This document shows positions 40,001 through 48,687 of a stretch of DNA of 64,000 bases, piece by piece; the first letter of the stretch is position 1, and the number at the start of each line of letters is the position of its first letter. Under the pieces are notes generated by a model. The model ran no database searches, had not been told where the DNA came from, and worked only from the letters and a program-made list of their open reading frames with translations. The translations under genes and the position numbers were made by a program. Where the stretch lies: positions 62,001 to 126,000 of the IMG/VR virus record IMGVR_UViG_3300032287_004484; one strand, given 5' to 3'.

Positions 40001-40174
40001 TCTATGGAAACACAAAAACTTAATTTAGTAATTGCAGAAGATCAATTAAAAGAACAAAAGAAAAATAATAAAATTAGCGAACAAATAAGAGATAAAGGCG
40101 AAGAAAAATCTAAAACAGCAATAGAGATCTTAACTAGACAAGGTATTACTGATATGAGTTTTTTTAGTCTCTAA
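37046..40174 (+). CDS. tape measure protein
   Basis: 1042-aa Ala/Gly-rich helical protein with GAAIGSAIGATLGSTIPVFGTIVGG segment; located between hub and baseplate genes. Confidence 0.85.
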   Translation: MADEKLSFVIDSNLDKIALSVQTLTGNVEKLYQAFRKKNDALLVQNRLEGKANEGVVSLNSGYQSLQGSVGEVTNKEKQLNTIMKESEGDFKRIRTSMSGLNSDMYKIGDQIKNSGNIWTKTGPSTWSMQNPELEKQFEDRRKKVRKIEVAIQNSIKKMLDGVHNVGVRLAAEATNLKPFALEFASAFSINPMKFFGFGQAMQESFQLMLKFQQMRHELAYLSDASGDASKALSLVYEVAGGSAVASGTATGILRALADQGIIARDQLKSIGILSGDLQAATGLAASEWASFTGELAFNYGVPEQGLKNITSALIGTNLRGAQLQKTMQSVNKILATTGFINGKPTADSIHNLTKAVGGAVKQFQAMGISAEKATGFIEGLMDPENFEKNAFLFGKLGISASEYAGYLNDANGQQKLLQKTMSNLPQLAGEISKIQNPFARLQFAKTIGLDMQVVQNMAGKTKEEIQQMLADYEKNNKADEALKEKKKKMASEAAKFDDMMLGLKLKVLAPVMNFLNKGALNNFIAILPKIATSLGSIFEAITPIIETITTALLDLTPAFTSIVKDFVNPFIKIFPAFLKSVLNLLPGLDMDNQSVNMEGATPQSNALFSGIKNLVSYMSKIYLILLGWKGLNFIGDSLDKALGWFKPGRKRVIDATLDELSMSIRKGQMQGGGLKNLGLGTKLLGSFAMIFGAGKLLRKTKDAILGESKPNEQGKFESINYSAMAERQGQRLGSFAAGKTFGLGGDASLYKNLKVPTPPIPVPDATKGAKVLSSVTKAGGFLKTLGKAMGPLSLGLTAFQVITAENNEQRAGAVGAAIGSAIGATLGSTIPVFGTIVGGMVGGFLGDLAGSAIGRVMDSGNEVVEKRGKLTQESLAKNMEGIFKAFQIGRFDLITKQLGLAFENMYLTAKQALQRMIGGFAGYGHDDAAGQNQVLSILKEFEKKSQNMSPEKLDALFRSFKQRIQSVEGLSGVGSDLYVNMLETSMETQKLNLVIAEDQLKEQKKNNKISEQIRDKGEEKSKTAIEILTRQGITDMSFFSL

Positions 40175-40184
40175 AGGTTAAAAT

Positions 40185-40922
40185 ATGAGTTATAGAAATC
40201 AAAATATGAGAATATTCTTTAAAGGTTCAAAACCAAATCAGTATCGCACTCAACCTATGAATGCTTGGAAATTTGGTTTAATCATGCAAGATCGTAGATT
40301 AAGAGGAACAGCGTATGGATTAAGAAAAAATCATATTCCTTTTCAATATTTAGGAGAAAGCGGAGAACTTCCAAATTTACAAAAAACTGCTAATTATGAT
40401 GAAACGCAAATTTTAGGAAGATTTGAACCAATTAAGACTTATAATAATAGTAGCGATGTTAAATTTACTTTAAATTTAACATATTATGCTGATGGAACAG
40501 AAAGAATTTCTCAATTTCCAAGACAAGGTGCAGAAAATATAGGTCCATTAAGGAGTTCTTGGACAATAGAACAGATAGCAAGAATTAGCGCTAAATTTGA
40601 ATCCTTAGTTTATCCTCAATATGATGGTAGATTTTCTCCTCCTCGTTATTGTTTATTAAATATAGGAGCTATTTTTATTGATTTTCCTGTTATTGTAACG
40701 AGCGTTAATATACAACATTTACCCCCTTATAGCACAAGAGATTTAACTCCAATGAGAAGAAATATAGCAATAGAATGTTCTTCCTATTTTCCATTATATC
40801 AAGCAATTGGAAGTGATTCTATATTATCACAAGCATTAAATGCAGATTTTACAACAGGTAATATAAATTATCCAAGAAAAGTTTATTCTTATAGAAAATT
40901 TAGAAGGAATATAATAACATGA
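40185..40922 (+). CDS. baseplate tube-initiator/organiser protein
   Basis: ANYDETQILGRFEPIKTY..SPPRYCLLNIG; follows the tape measure gene. Confidence 0.65.
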   Translation: MSYRNQNMRIFFKGSKPNQYRTQPMNAWKFGLIMQDRRLRGTAYGLRKNHIPFQYLGESGELPNLQKTANYDETQILGRFEPIKTYNNSSDVKFTLNLTYYADGTERISQFPRQGAENIGPLRSSWTIEQIARISAKFESLVYPQYDGRFSPPRYCLLNIGAIFIDFPVIVTSVNIQHLPPYSTRDLTPMRRNIAIECSSYFPLYQAIGSDSILSQALNADFTTGNINYPRKVYSYRKFRRNIIT

Positions 40923-41251
40923 ATTATCTTTTTAATTATGGTAGAATAGTTAATTATGTAGAAGATACTAAAGATATAACACAACTTTCAATATGTTATA
41001 CTCCTCAAATGCCTTTAAAAAAATATATGTTTAAAACAAATATATTAGATAAAGAAAAATATCGTCCAGATAAAGTTTCTTATAGATTATTTAATGATCC
41101 AAATTTAAGTTGGATAATAGATGAAATAAATTCTTTATATTCTTTTAGCGATTATTATTTAGGAAAAGAGATTTATTATTTAGATGCTAATGGATTAAAG
41201 GCAATTGGCATAGAAGTTGACTATGTTTCTTATGAATCTCAAAATTATTAA
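40919..41251 (+). CDS. baseplate wedge protein gp53/LysM-like
   Basis: YRPDKVSYRLFNDPNLSWIIDEIN. Confidence 0.8.
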   Translation: MNYLFNYGRIVNYVEDTKDITQLSICYTPQMPLKKYMFKTNILDKEKYRPDKVSYRLFNDPNLSWIIDEINSLYSFSDYYLGKEIYYLDANGLKAIGIEVDYVSYESQNY

Positions 41252-41274
41252 AAAAATATTATATAATAATTAAA

Positions 41275-42504
41275 ATGGCTGTTGAACCTCTAACAAAAGT
41301 TGATATAGGAATTATAAAAAAAGTTACTTTTATAAGTAAAGAGCATGTATATTATACTGTTTTTTTAGAAAATTATCATCAAGAAAATCAAAGAGCAGAA
41401 GGAATTCCTATATTTAGTTTTGGATATAACACTTATACTTATGAAGTTGGATCAAGAGTTATATGTTTAATTAAAGACAAAGATTTTAATAAAGTTTTTG
41501 TTCTAGGACAAACTTATGATCCAAATTTAGTGCGTGGAATTGATGCTGCTAAAGAAGGTGAATTAAATATTAGTTCTGATCAAAACGGAATTATAGGCAT
41601 TGGTACAAGTGATTCTATATCAATAAACAGCGGATCATCAAAAGTTAAGGTGACAGATGAAAAGATAAGTTTAACAATTGGAAGTACAGCGAAAATAAAC
41701 CTTAATCCACAAGAATTTAGTACAACTTTAAACAATGGAAATAATTTTAGCGTTAAAAACGGAACAGCAGATTTTAATTTAAATAATGGTTTTAAAGTTA
41801 GATCAGCAGCTGGTGATATTTATCTTCAAGGCGGATCACTATCGTTTGCTGAAGGCGAAGGACAAACTCCATCCTTATTAATTGTTAATAGTGTTCATCG
41901 TTATATTGGAAGTGAATTTTTAAGTATATTTAGTGCATATAGTTTTGAAGCTGGTACATCTAAAATTAAAGGTAAAAAAAATGCTGTAGATTGGAATATA
42001 ATTCAGGGAAATTATGCAATTACTATTGGAGTTGGAGACTTTGTTTTAAAAACAGGAACAACAGTTATAGATAAATTAACTCTTGGAAATGGAGAACTTA
42101 ATTTATCGGTTGGAAATATTCTTTTTTACCAAACAGAATTATTAATATCTGGTGATGAAATGAAATTAAATCTTAATGGAGCGTTTTCTAGTTCTGAAAT
42201 AAATGTTAAATCTTCTTTAGTAGAAATTAAAAACAAAGTGTCTTTATTACTTATTGATTATGATTCTTCTATTAAATTAGATTTTGGTGTTATAACTTTA
42301 ACTCCATCAAGTAAAGCAAAAGGTGGAAAAATAAAATTAGATGGAGAAGTTGAAATAACTGGATCTTTAATTGTTAGAGGAAGCGATGGAGTATCAGCAA
42401 CTTTAGGTGATGTTACTGCTGGTACAATATCTAAAATTTCACTTAAAAATCACAAACACGCGACTTCTGTACCTGGATCGCCTTCTCCACCTTTACCTGG
42501 ATAA
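41275..42504 (+). CDS. baseplate central spike (gp5/gpV-like)
   Basis: N-terminal OB-like region, beta-helix repeats, C-terminal SLKNHKH metal-binding apex. Confidence 0.8.
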   Translation: MAVEPLTKVDIGIIKKVTFISKEHVYYTVFLENYHQENQRAEGIPIFSFGYNTYTYEVGSRVICLIKDKDFNKVFVLGQTYDPNLVRGIDAAKEGELNISSDQNGIIGIGTSDSISINSGSSKVKVTDEKISLTIGSTAKINLNPQEFSTTLNNGNNFSVKNGTADFNLNNGFKVRSAAGDIYLQGGSLSFAEGEGQTPSLLIVNSVHRYIGSEFLSIFSAYSFEAGTSKIKGKKNAVDWNIIQGNYAITIGVGDFVLKTGTTVIDKLTLGNGELNLSVGNILFYQTELLISGDEMKLNLNGAFSSSEINVKSSLVEIKNKVSLLLIDYDSSIKLDFGVITLTPSSKAKGGKIKLDGEVEITGSLIVRGSDGVSATLGDVTAGTISKISLKNHKHATSVPGSPSPPLPG

Positions 42505-42510
42505 TAAAAC

Positions 42511-43122
42511 ATGTCTTTTACTAAATTAAATTCTGACCTTATAAGAGCATTATCTAATGATCCAAGTGGATTAGGGGCTTCTACTGATATTCAAAAACAC
42601 GCAAATGATTTTAGTGATGCTGTAGATAATTATGTTAAAACTCTAAATGATCCTGGTTTAAGAAAAGTATTATCTACTACTAAAACTTTAATTTATTCTC
42701 AAATAATATCGTTATTAACTTTAACTGATCTTGGAAGTTCTTCTCTTAATGCTTCTCAATCAGCTTTAAAATATGCAACAGGTCTTAATTCTTATATTAG
42801 TGCAATTCAAATATCTAAAGTTAATGTTACTAATTTAATTGCACCTGCTTATATTAATCCCGGAATTGTTTCTACGGCTACATTAACAAATAATAATATT
42901 ATAAGTGATTTACAAAATTCTTTTAAAAATATTTTTGATGCTACTAGTGATCCTAATTCTACTATTTCTATTATTATTTCTAGTAAAGCATCTCAAATCG
43001 CTAATATAGTTAAGGATGCTGTTATTCAAAAAACTTTAATAACTATATCAGGAAACGATAGTACCCCTACACCTCTAGGACCTAAACCATTTACTTTATC
43101 AGGAAAATTTGTGGAGACATAA
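42511..43122 (+). CDS. hypothetical structural protein
   Basis: 203-aa ORF directly after the spike gene. Confidence 0.65.
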   Translation: MSFTKLNSDLIRALSNDPSGLGASTDIQKHANDFSDAVDNYVKTLNDPGLRKVLSTTKTLIYSQIISLLTLTDLGSSSLNASQSALKYATGLNSYISAIQISKVNVTNLIAPAYINPGIVSTATLTNNNIISDLQNSFKNIFDATSDPNSTISIIISSKASQIANIVKDAVIQKTLITISGNDSTPTPLGPKPFTLSGKFVET

Positions 43123-43123
43123 T

Positions 43124-43429
43124 ATGAAATGTGTTTGTTGTGAAAAAGAAATTTTTTTAAAACCTAAAGTTTCAATGGTTTTTAATAGTGAAAATAATGA
43201 TCCTATAATAACAAAAAAAAGAGAATATGTACACGAATCTGATTCTTTTGTTGAATATGATGATATTTTAATTAAGGATTTAGAAAATAGAGAAAAAAGA
43301 ATAACAGTTATTTGTGATGAAAAAATAATGATTACAAAATCTTTTTGTGAAGAGTGTTATATAAACTTTATTAAAGATAAATTAGAAGATTTGATGGAAA
43401 ATTTAGCAACATTTAGGAATAAAAAATGA
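43124..43429 (+). CDS. small Zn-binding protein
   Basis: CVCC and CEEC; ATG at 43124 after GGAG preferred over the track start at 43109. Confidence 0.65.
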   Translation: MKCVCCEKEIFLKPKVSMVFNSENNDPIITKKREYVHESDSFVEYDDILIKDLENREKRITVICDEKIMITKSFCEECYINFIKDKLEDLMENLATFRNKK

Positions 43430-43617
43430 GTGAATATAAAGAAATATTAAATACTAAAGAATTAGTTGATACTAAAAACAATTTACAAAAATTAAGAATT
43501 ATTTTAGAAAAGGATTTAGAAGATCAATTAGAACAACTTATTTCTTTAAAAGAAGATTTACCTCATCTATTACATATAGAAAGAATGAAGAAAATAGAAA
43601 GAGAAAAAGATGAGTAG
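43426..43617 (+). CDS. small coiled-coil protein
   Basis: Overlaps both neighbours, consistent with translational coupling. Confidence 0.6.
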   Translation: MSEYKEILNTKELVDTKNNLQKLRIILEKDLEDQLEQLISLKEDLPHLLHIERMKKIEREKDE

Positions 43618-46600
43618 TATAAATGATGTTTCAAGAAAATTATACGTTGATGTTAACACGACTATTATTAATCAACAATTAAATGGTTTATTAAATGTAA
43701 ATAAAATCTATAACGTTCTTTATTTAACAACTCTACATGTAGAAACAGCCGATCAAGACATTTTTCCACCAATTAATTTATCAGCAAGAATCAAATCAAC
43801 ATTACAAACTTATAGAATTATTTTTGATAGACATTTAACAACAAAAAATATTAGTTTTGTTTTTAATACTTCTGGTATATCACCAACACCTGTTCCAGAC
43901 GATGATCAAAATAGATATATATTTTCAACTTTAATAAAAACTTTAGCAAATAATTTAAATTCTTATGTCGAATCAGATCAAGAATATTTTTTAAAGAAAA
44001 CAAAAGAATCTTTAGATAGTTTGTTTTCTTCTTTAACTGTAGGACTAATTGATTATAGAAAATATTTTAGTTCAGATATATCATCTAATTTAATATCATA
44101 TTCTTTAGTTCAAGATATAGCATCAGAAACTTCAGAACAAAGAAGAAGTTTTTTTGATACAGACTTTACTCCCGATCAAACTATTGCTTTAAATAATGTT
44201 AATATTAATAATCCAATAGGATATGATCAAACTGGACCACAAGATTGGAGAGGTCTTTTTAATAATGTTATAACCGTTCTTAATCAAGTTATTTATAATA
44301 ATCTTAATCTTTATTTTATAAGAAATCAAATGTTTAACTCTATTCAATCAATTATAAATGACGAATCAATATCGTTACAAAATAAAATAGATTTTTCTAA
44401 AGATTACATTGTAAGCATTAAAGAAGAAATAGTAAATAATGTAAAAAAATTAAAAATATTATCTCCTGTTACAGTATCTAACGATTGGAATAATCGGTCT
44501 GTGTTTTATTATACTTCACTTAATGCTTATTCTAAATCAAAAATAAATGAAGTAGATGTTTCTAATAAAATTATAAAATTATCACCTTATTTAGGTTTAA
44601 CGACTCAAGCTATAAATCAAACAATTAAATTTGCAACTTTTAAAGAAGGAATTAATATTGAAAAAAATTTTCAAAATACAGTAATACAAAAAAATACACC
44701 AAATTTATTCTCATTACAAATAATAGAAACTAATTCAACTGGTGAAACTATTACTAAAGATGTTAATTTTTCACTAAGCAATACGGATTTTAATCAAAAT
44801 TTTATTACATTTTCAAATGCAACGTCTGATCCATTAAAAAATGGATGGGGTATATACTTAAAAAATTCTAAAATAACTAATAGTGTTTCTTTTTACCGTG
44901 ATAATGAAAACAGCTTTATTTTTTCAAAAAACAGTACGAATTCTAGTGGATCTTACGTTTATTTTGATTTTTATATTGATAATAATAATTTAAATTCTTT
45001 ATTAAATTTATCTTTTAAATACGAAATATTAAATAATTCCTTTAATCAAAATGAATTAAAAGTTCAAATAGAATATTTTAAAAATTACATATCTGGATCA
45101 AATTATAATGTTTCATTACCATTAAAAACTTTTAATAATTTAAATAAAACATTAAATAATCAACAAAATTTTACTAGTACATTTAATACTAATTCTTATA
45201 ATTATTATAGATTTAAAATTTATTTATCTTCTGAAACTAACAATTTATTTACAATAAAGTTTAATGATTTCTATATTGGTACTAGTTCATCGCCGTCATC
45301 CACATCAATATCTATTACTAATCCAAACGCTTTAATTAATTTAATTTATCGTACAAGTGGATATAAAAACAATAAAGATTTATCTTTTTCCTCTTTTCAA
45401 GCAACAAATATTAGTGATTTAAATATAACATCAACAACTTATAAAATTAAGGTATCTTCTGAGCCATATCACGTTGGATCTTCTAAAAAAATAAAATTTT
45501 ATAATATTAATTCTAATTTAAAATGGTTGTTTTTATCTGATATAACAACTACTCAACAAATTTATTCTGGTTTAAATCCTATAACTTTTGTAGAAACAGG
45601 CAGAGAAAAAAAATATTATGATTCCTTTATATCTTTAATAAAAAGAGTTTTTACTATTTTAAACGCTTATGCGCTATCAAGATTATTAGTTCCAGAAGCT
45701 TTCGATGAAGAAACTAGCACATTTAATATTGGAATAAACGTAACACCTTCAGTTAAAGTGTTAATTCAAGATTTAATAGATGATTTAACTATTGATGTTG
45801 ATTTTAGAAGTAATTTTGAAAAAGATCCGCGTTCTAATTTTATGCAAAAAAATCCTCAAGATAATCTTAATAGAAAAAGCGTTGAATGGAAAACGGCTGG
45901 TCTACAAGATGCAATGGGACTAAAAAAGTTTGCTAAATTTAAAAGTGATTTAGAAAAAATTAAACGAGCTCTTAAAATAGCAAAATCAGTACTAGAAGCA
46001 ATAAGAGCTTTTATAGATATTTTAAGCGATTTAATTGAAATGGGAGAAGATATTTTAGGAGCTCTACTTGATCAAGTTATTAAACAAGTAGAAGGAGTCG
46101 TAGATAATATTGCTAGTACTGGTGTTTATTGGTTACCTCTAATAAGATATTTTGCTACAACTGATTCTTGGTGGTGGTTTAAAGACAACAAAAGAAAAAA
46201 CCTTGCTAAAATACCTGGTTTTGATGAAATAAACACCTTAATTACAACACCTTTTCCAAATAATTCTAACATATCGGTTAATAATTCTTTTTTATTAGAA
46301 TTAGAACAGTTATTTAAATCAAATGATAAAATGATGCAAGATGATTTAAGTGGTGATCTTAGTAATATAGGATTAAGAAATAAAAATAGTGATAATTGGC
46401 AATTAGGGGTACCATTTTTACCATTTAGAAGTACAACGTATGAAGAATTTAAAAATGTAATAATAGATGCTTTTTTAGATGAAGATGATTTACCAGAGTT
46501 AGGATTAAGATATGAGACTACAAAAAATAAAGATGATACAGCGTCAACAGATACTGTTTTAGAAGGAGGACTTTTTAATAAAAATAGAAAAGGTACTGAT

Positions 46601-47875
46601 GGAAAAGGTTTAGACTTAGTAATCAAACCGGGTGCTCCACGTTGGACAAAAGGAAGTCAAAGCGCAACTGTTATAGTATGTATTTGCTTACCTGCTCCAG
46701 AAGATTTAATTACTGGATGGAAAGGATTTTTAAAAGCACTTTTAGTCTTACTCAAACCTATTGCTAGAGTAATAAATCTTACATATACTGGAATAAATAA
46801 TGATATCGTTCTTCAAATAAGATATGATACATATATTAAAAATAATGAGGAAAAAATACGTAGCTTGATAGCCAAGAAAAAAGAATTTGAAGATGAAGTA
46901 AAAAAAATAGAAAAACAAATTACAGAAATAAAAAACAAACAAAAAGAAGAAATAAAAAAAGATCCTCTAGCTTTACCTTCTAATATTGAACCTCAAATAA
47001 CGATTAAAAAAAATCAAATACAAGATTTATTTAGTAAATCTTCTAATATTCGTAAAGAAATAGAAGAAATAGCAGAACTTAATAGATTTACTGTTTTTGG
47101 AGATAATAATCCGGCAATTCTGATTAATGATCTTATAAGTAAAATTGAAATAGAATTAAGTATTGAAGATGCTTTAAAAAATAAAAACCCAACTTCAAGA
47201 GAAGAAGCTGGCAATCAAGTTTATGATTCTGTAGACCCAGATTTAGAAACAGATACTGGAAGTATATTAGGAGACATTTCTAAATGGTGGAATGATGCTG
47301 GTACTGTATTAGATAATGGATTAGAATCTAGGGCAAATAAATTTTCTGGATCTTTAGGTAATTATCCAGATTTTGTAGGAATGACTCTTGGATCAATAGC
47401 GCCAGGTTTATTTACTTATATTAAAGGCTTTTTACATAAATTAAGAAAATTAAATAGAAAAGAAAGCACGTTCTCTTTATCAGAAAAATATGAGTTAATG
47501 ATAAAACCAATTACAGAGAAAATTAAAGAAATAGAAGAAATTATAAAGATTATAGACGCTATAGTTAATGCAATTGATGCAATTCTAGGTATTAGTTTGA
47601 CATATTTAGTAATTAAATCTAATGGTGGAGTTACTGATATTATAGAGCAATTAGAAAATTCAACAGGGTTTCCAAATGAAACTAAAAGGCAAATTATTTT
47701 AGGTGGAGTCTTAGCAGCTGGAACATTAGATCCTAATGGAAATGAATTTAATATGCAAGGATATTTTGATGAAGCATCACAAGAATTTAATGAACTTGCG
47801 GGTGATTTATTTGATAGTTTAAAACAAAATAACGAACAAAAAGGAATAAGTTTTTTAAATAAGTTTTTTGGTTAA
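43610..47875 (+). CDS. large (1421 aa) tail/baseplate-associated protein
   Basis: Long ORF ending the baseplate operon; central beta-rich region, C-terminal amphipathic helices and coiled coil. Confidence 0.55.
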   Translation: MSSINDVSRKLYVDVNTTIINQQLNGLLNVNKIYNVLYLTTLHVETADQDIFPPINLSARIKSTLQTYRIIFDRHLTTKNISFVFNTSGISPTPVPDDDQNRYIFSTLIKTLANNLNSYVESDQEYFLKKTKESLDSLFSSLTVGLIDYRKYFSSDISSNLISYSLVQDIASETSEQRRSFFDTDFTPDQTIALNNVNINNPIGYDQTGPQDWRGLFNNVITVLNQVIYNNLNLYFIRNQMFNSIQSIINDESISLQNKIDFSKDYIVSIKEEIVNNVKKLKILSPVTVSNDWNNRSVFYYTSLNAYSKSKINEVDVSNKIIKLSPYLGLTTQAINQTIKFATFKEGINIEKNFQNTVIQKNTPNLFSLQIIETNSTGETITKDVNFSLSNTDFNQNFITFSNATSDPLKNGWGIYLKNSKITNSVSFYRDNENSFIFSKNSTNSSGSYVYFDFYIDNNNLNSLLNLSFKYEILNNSFNQNELKVQIEYFKNYISGSNYNVSLPLKTFNNLNKTLNNQQNFTSTFNTNSYNYYRFKIYLSSETNNLFTIKFNDFYIGTSSSPSSTSISITNPNALINLIYRTSGYKNNKDLSFSSFQATNISDLNITSTTYKIKVSSEPYHVGSSKKIKFYNINSNLKWLFLSDITTTQQIYSGLNPITFVETGREKKYYDSFISLIKRVFTILNAYALSRLLVPEAFDEETSTFNIGINVTPSVKVLIQDLIDDLTIDVDFRSNFEKDPRSNFMQKNPQDNLNRKSVEWKTAGLQDAMGLKKFAKFKSDLEKIKRALKIAKSVLEAIRAFIDILSDLIEMGEDILGALLDQVIKQVEGVVDNIASTGVYWLPLIRYFATTDSWWWFKDNKRKNLAKIPGFDEINTLITTPFPNNSNISVNNSFLLELEQLFKSNDKMMQDDLSGDLSNIGLRNKNSDNWQLGVPFLPFRSTTYEEFKNVIIDAFLDEDDLPELGLRYETTKNKDDTASTDTVLEGGLFNKNRKGTDGKGLDLVIKPGAPRWTKGSQSATVIVCICLPAPEDLITGWKGFLKALLVLLKPIARVINLTYTGINNDIVLQIRYDTYIKNNEEKIRSLIAKKKEFEDEVKKIEKQITEIKNKQKEEIKKDPLALPSNIEPQITIKKNQIQDLFSKSSNIRKEIEEIAELNRFTVFGDNNPAILINDLISKIEIELSIEDALKNKNPTSREEAGNQVYDSVDPDLETDTGSILGDISKWWNDAGTVLDNGLESRANKFSGSLGNYPDFVGMTLGSIAPGLFTYIKGFLHKLRKLNRKESTFSLSEKYELMIKPITEKIKEIEEIIKIIDAIVNAIDAILGISLTYLVIKSNGGVTDIIEQLENSTGFPNETKRQIILGGVLAAGTLDPNGNEFNMQGYFDEASQEFNELAGDLFDSLKQNNEQKGISFLNKFFG

Positions 47876-48180
47876 TCTTCTCCAAGAATTTTCTTTTCCC
47901 ATTTTCTCATATATTTTATGTTATAATAAGTTTTACCCGTAATTATCCAGTTAAATGGAAAAAGTAAAATCAATATAAAATAATTTAGATAAAATGGGAA
48001 TATTGAAAGTCTCCACCATATACTAGGGGTTTTATTTTCAACTATTTCCTTAATTTCGTAAGGCATATCATAAAAAATTTCATCTAATTTTTCACACTGA
48101 TAATCTGTAAGATTTATTTCTTGTTTTAGATATTTTATAAAATCAAATTTTCTTATACTTTGTTTTTTTATTTCTGGCAT
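47872..48180 (-). CDS. small membrane protein
   Basis: Hydrophobic WWRLSIFPFYLNYFILILLFPFNW; GAGG RBS; own promoter. Confidence 0.7.
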   Translation of the reverse strand: MPEIKKQSIRKFDFIKYLKQEINLTDYQCEKLDEIFYDMPYEIKEIVENKTPSIWWRLSIFPFYLNYFILILLFPFNWIITGKTYYNIKYMRKWEKKILGED

Positions 48181-48202
48181 ATAGTTTTTACCTCTTTTAA
48201 TA

Positions 48203-48240
48203 ATTATAATATTTTTTAAACTAAGTGTTTAAACCTAAAA
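48203..48240 (-). promoter_or_regulatory. phage early-type promoter TTTTAGGTT-TAAACA-N17-TATAAT
   Basis: One of five copies of the motif with a 17-bp spacer. Confidence 0.8.
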
Positions 48241-48257
48241 ATATATCCCATATTATT

Positions 48258-48295
48258 TTTTAGGTTTATACATCTATTATAAAATATTATATTAT
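48258..48295 (+). promoter_or_regulatory. phage early-type promoter TTTTAGGTT-TATACA-N17-TATTAT
   Basis: Same motif, divergent from the previous copy. Confidence 0.8.
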
Positions 48296-48323
48296 AAATT
48301 ATAATTTATTACGGAGAAAGTAT

Positions 48324-48590
48324 ATGACAAGAGAAGAGGTATTAAAACTAATTGAAGATAAGAATAAAAATTATCGTGTAACTTTTACTAAACAAAATGG
48401 TGATAAAAGAATCATGATTTTTACAAGATCTAATGAAATAATGGAAGATATGAATTTAGTTCCATCTGGAACTGGATCTAATTCTGACGTAGAAACTCTT
48501 AGAGTTATGGAGTTATGTGACGATGGAAAAGCTCAATGGAGATCCTTTAAATATTCTTCGATTATTTCTTTAGAAGAATATAAAGGTTGA
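48324..48590 (+). CDS. SH3-fold / WYL_2 (DUF2693-like) protein
   Basis: VTFTKQNGDKRIM...WRSF; GGAGA RBS. Confidence 0.75.
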   Translation: MTREEVLKLIEDKNKNYRVTFTKQNGDKRIMIFTRSNEIMEDMNLVPSGTGSNSDVETLRVMELCDDGKAQWRSFKYSSIISLEEYKG

Positions 48591-48595
48591 TAAAC

Positions 48596-48631
48596 AAAAA
48601 GAAAAACTAAAATCACTTAGTTTTTCTTTTT
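48596..48631. terminator. 15-bp perfect inverted repeat, probable terminator
   Basis: aaaaagaaaaactaa-aatcac-ttagtttttcttttt just after the stop codon. Confidence 0.6.
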
Positions 48632-48687
48632 AACTGTTTTTATTTTGGGATTAATCGCTAATAAAAAATAATTCTAATATATTAATT

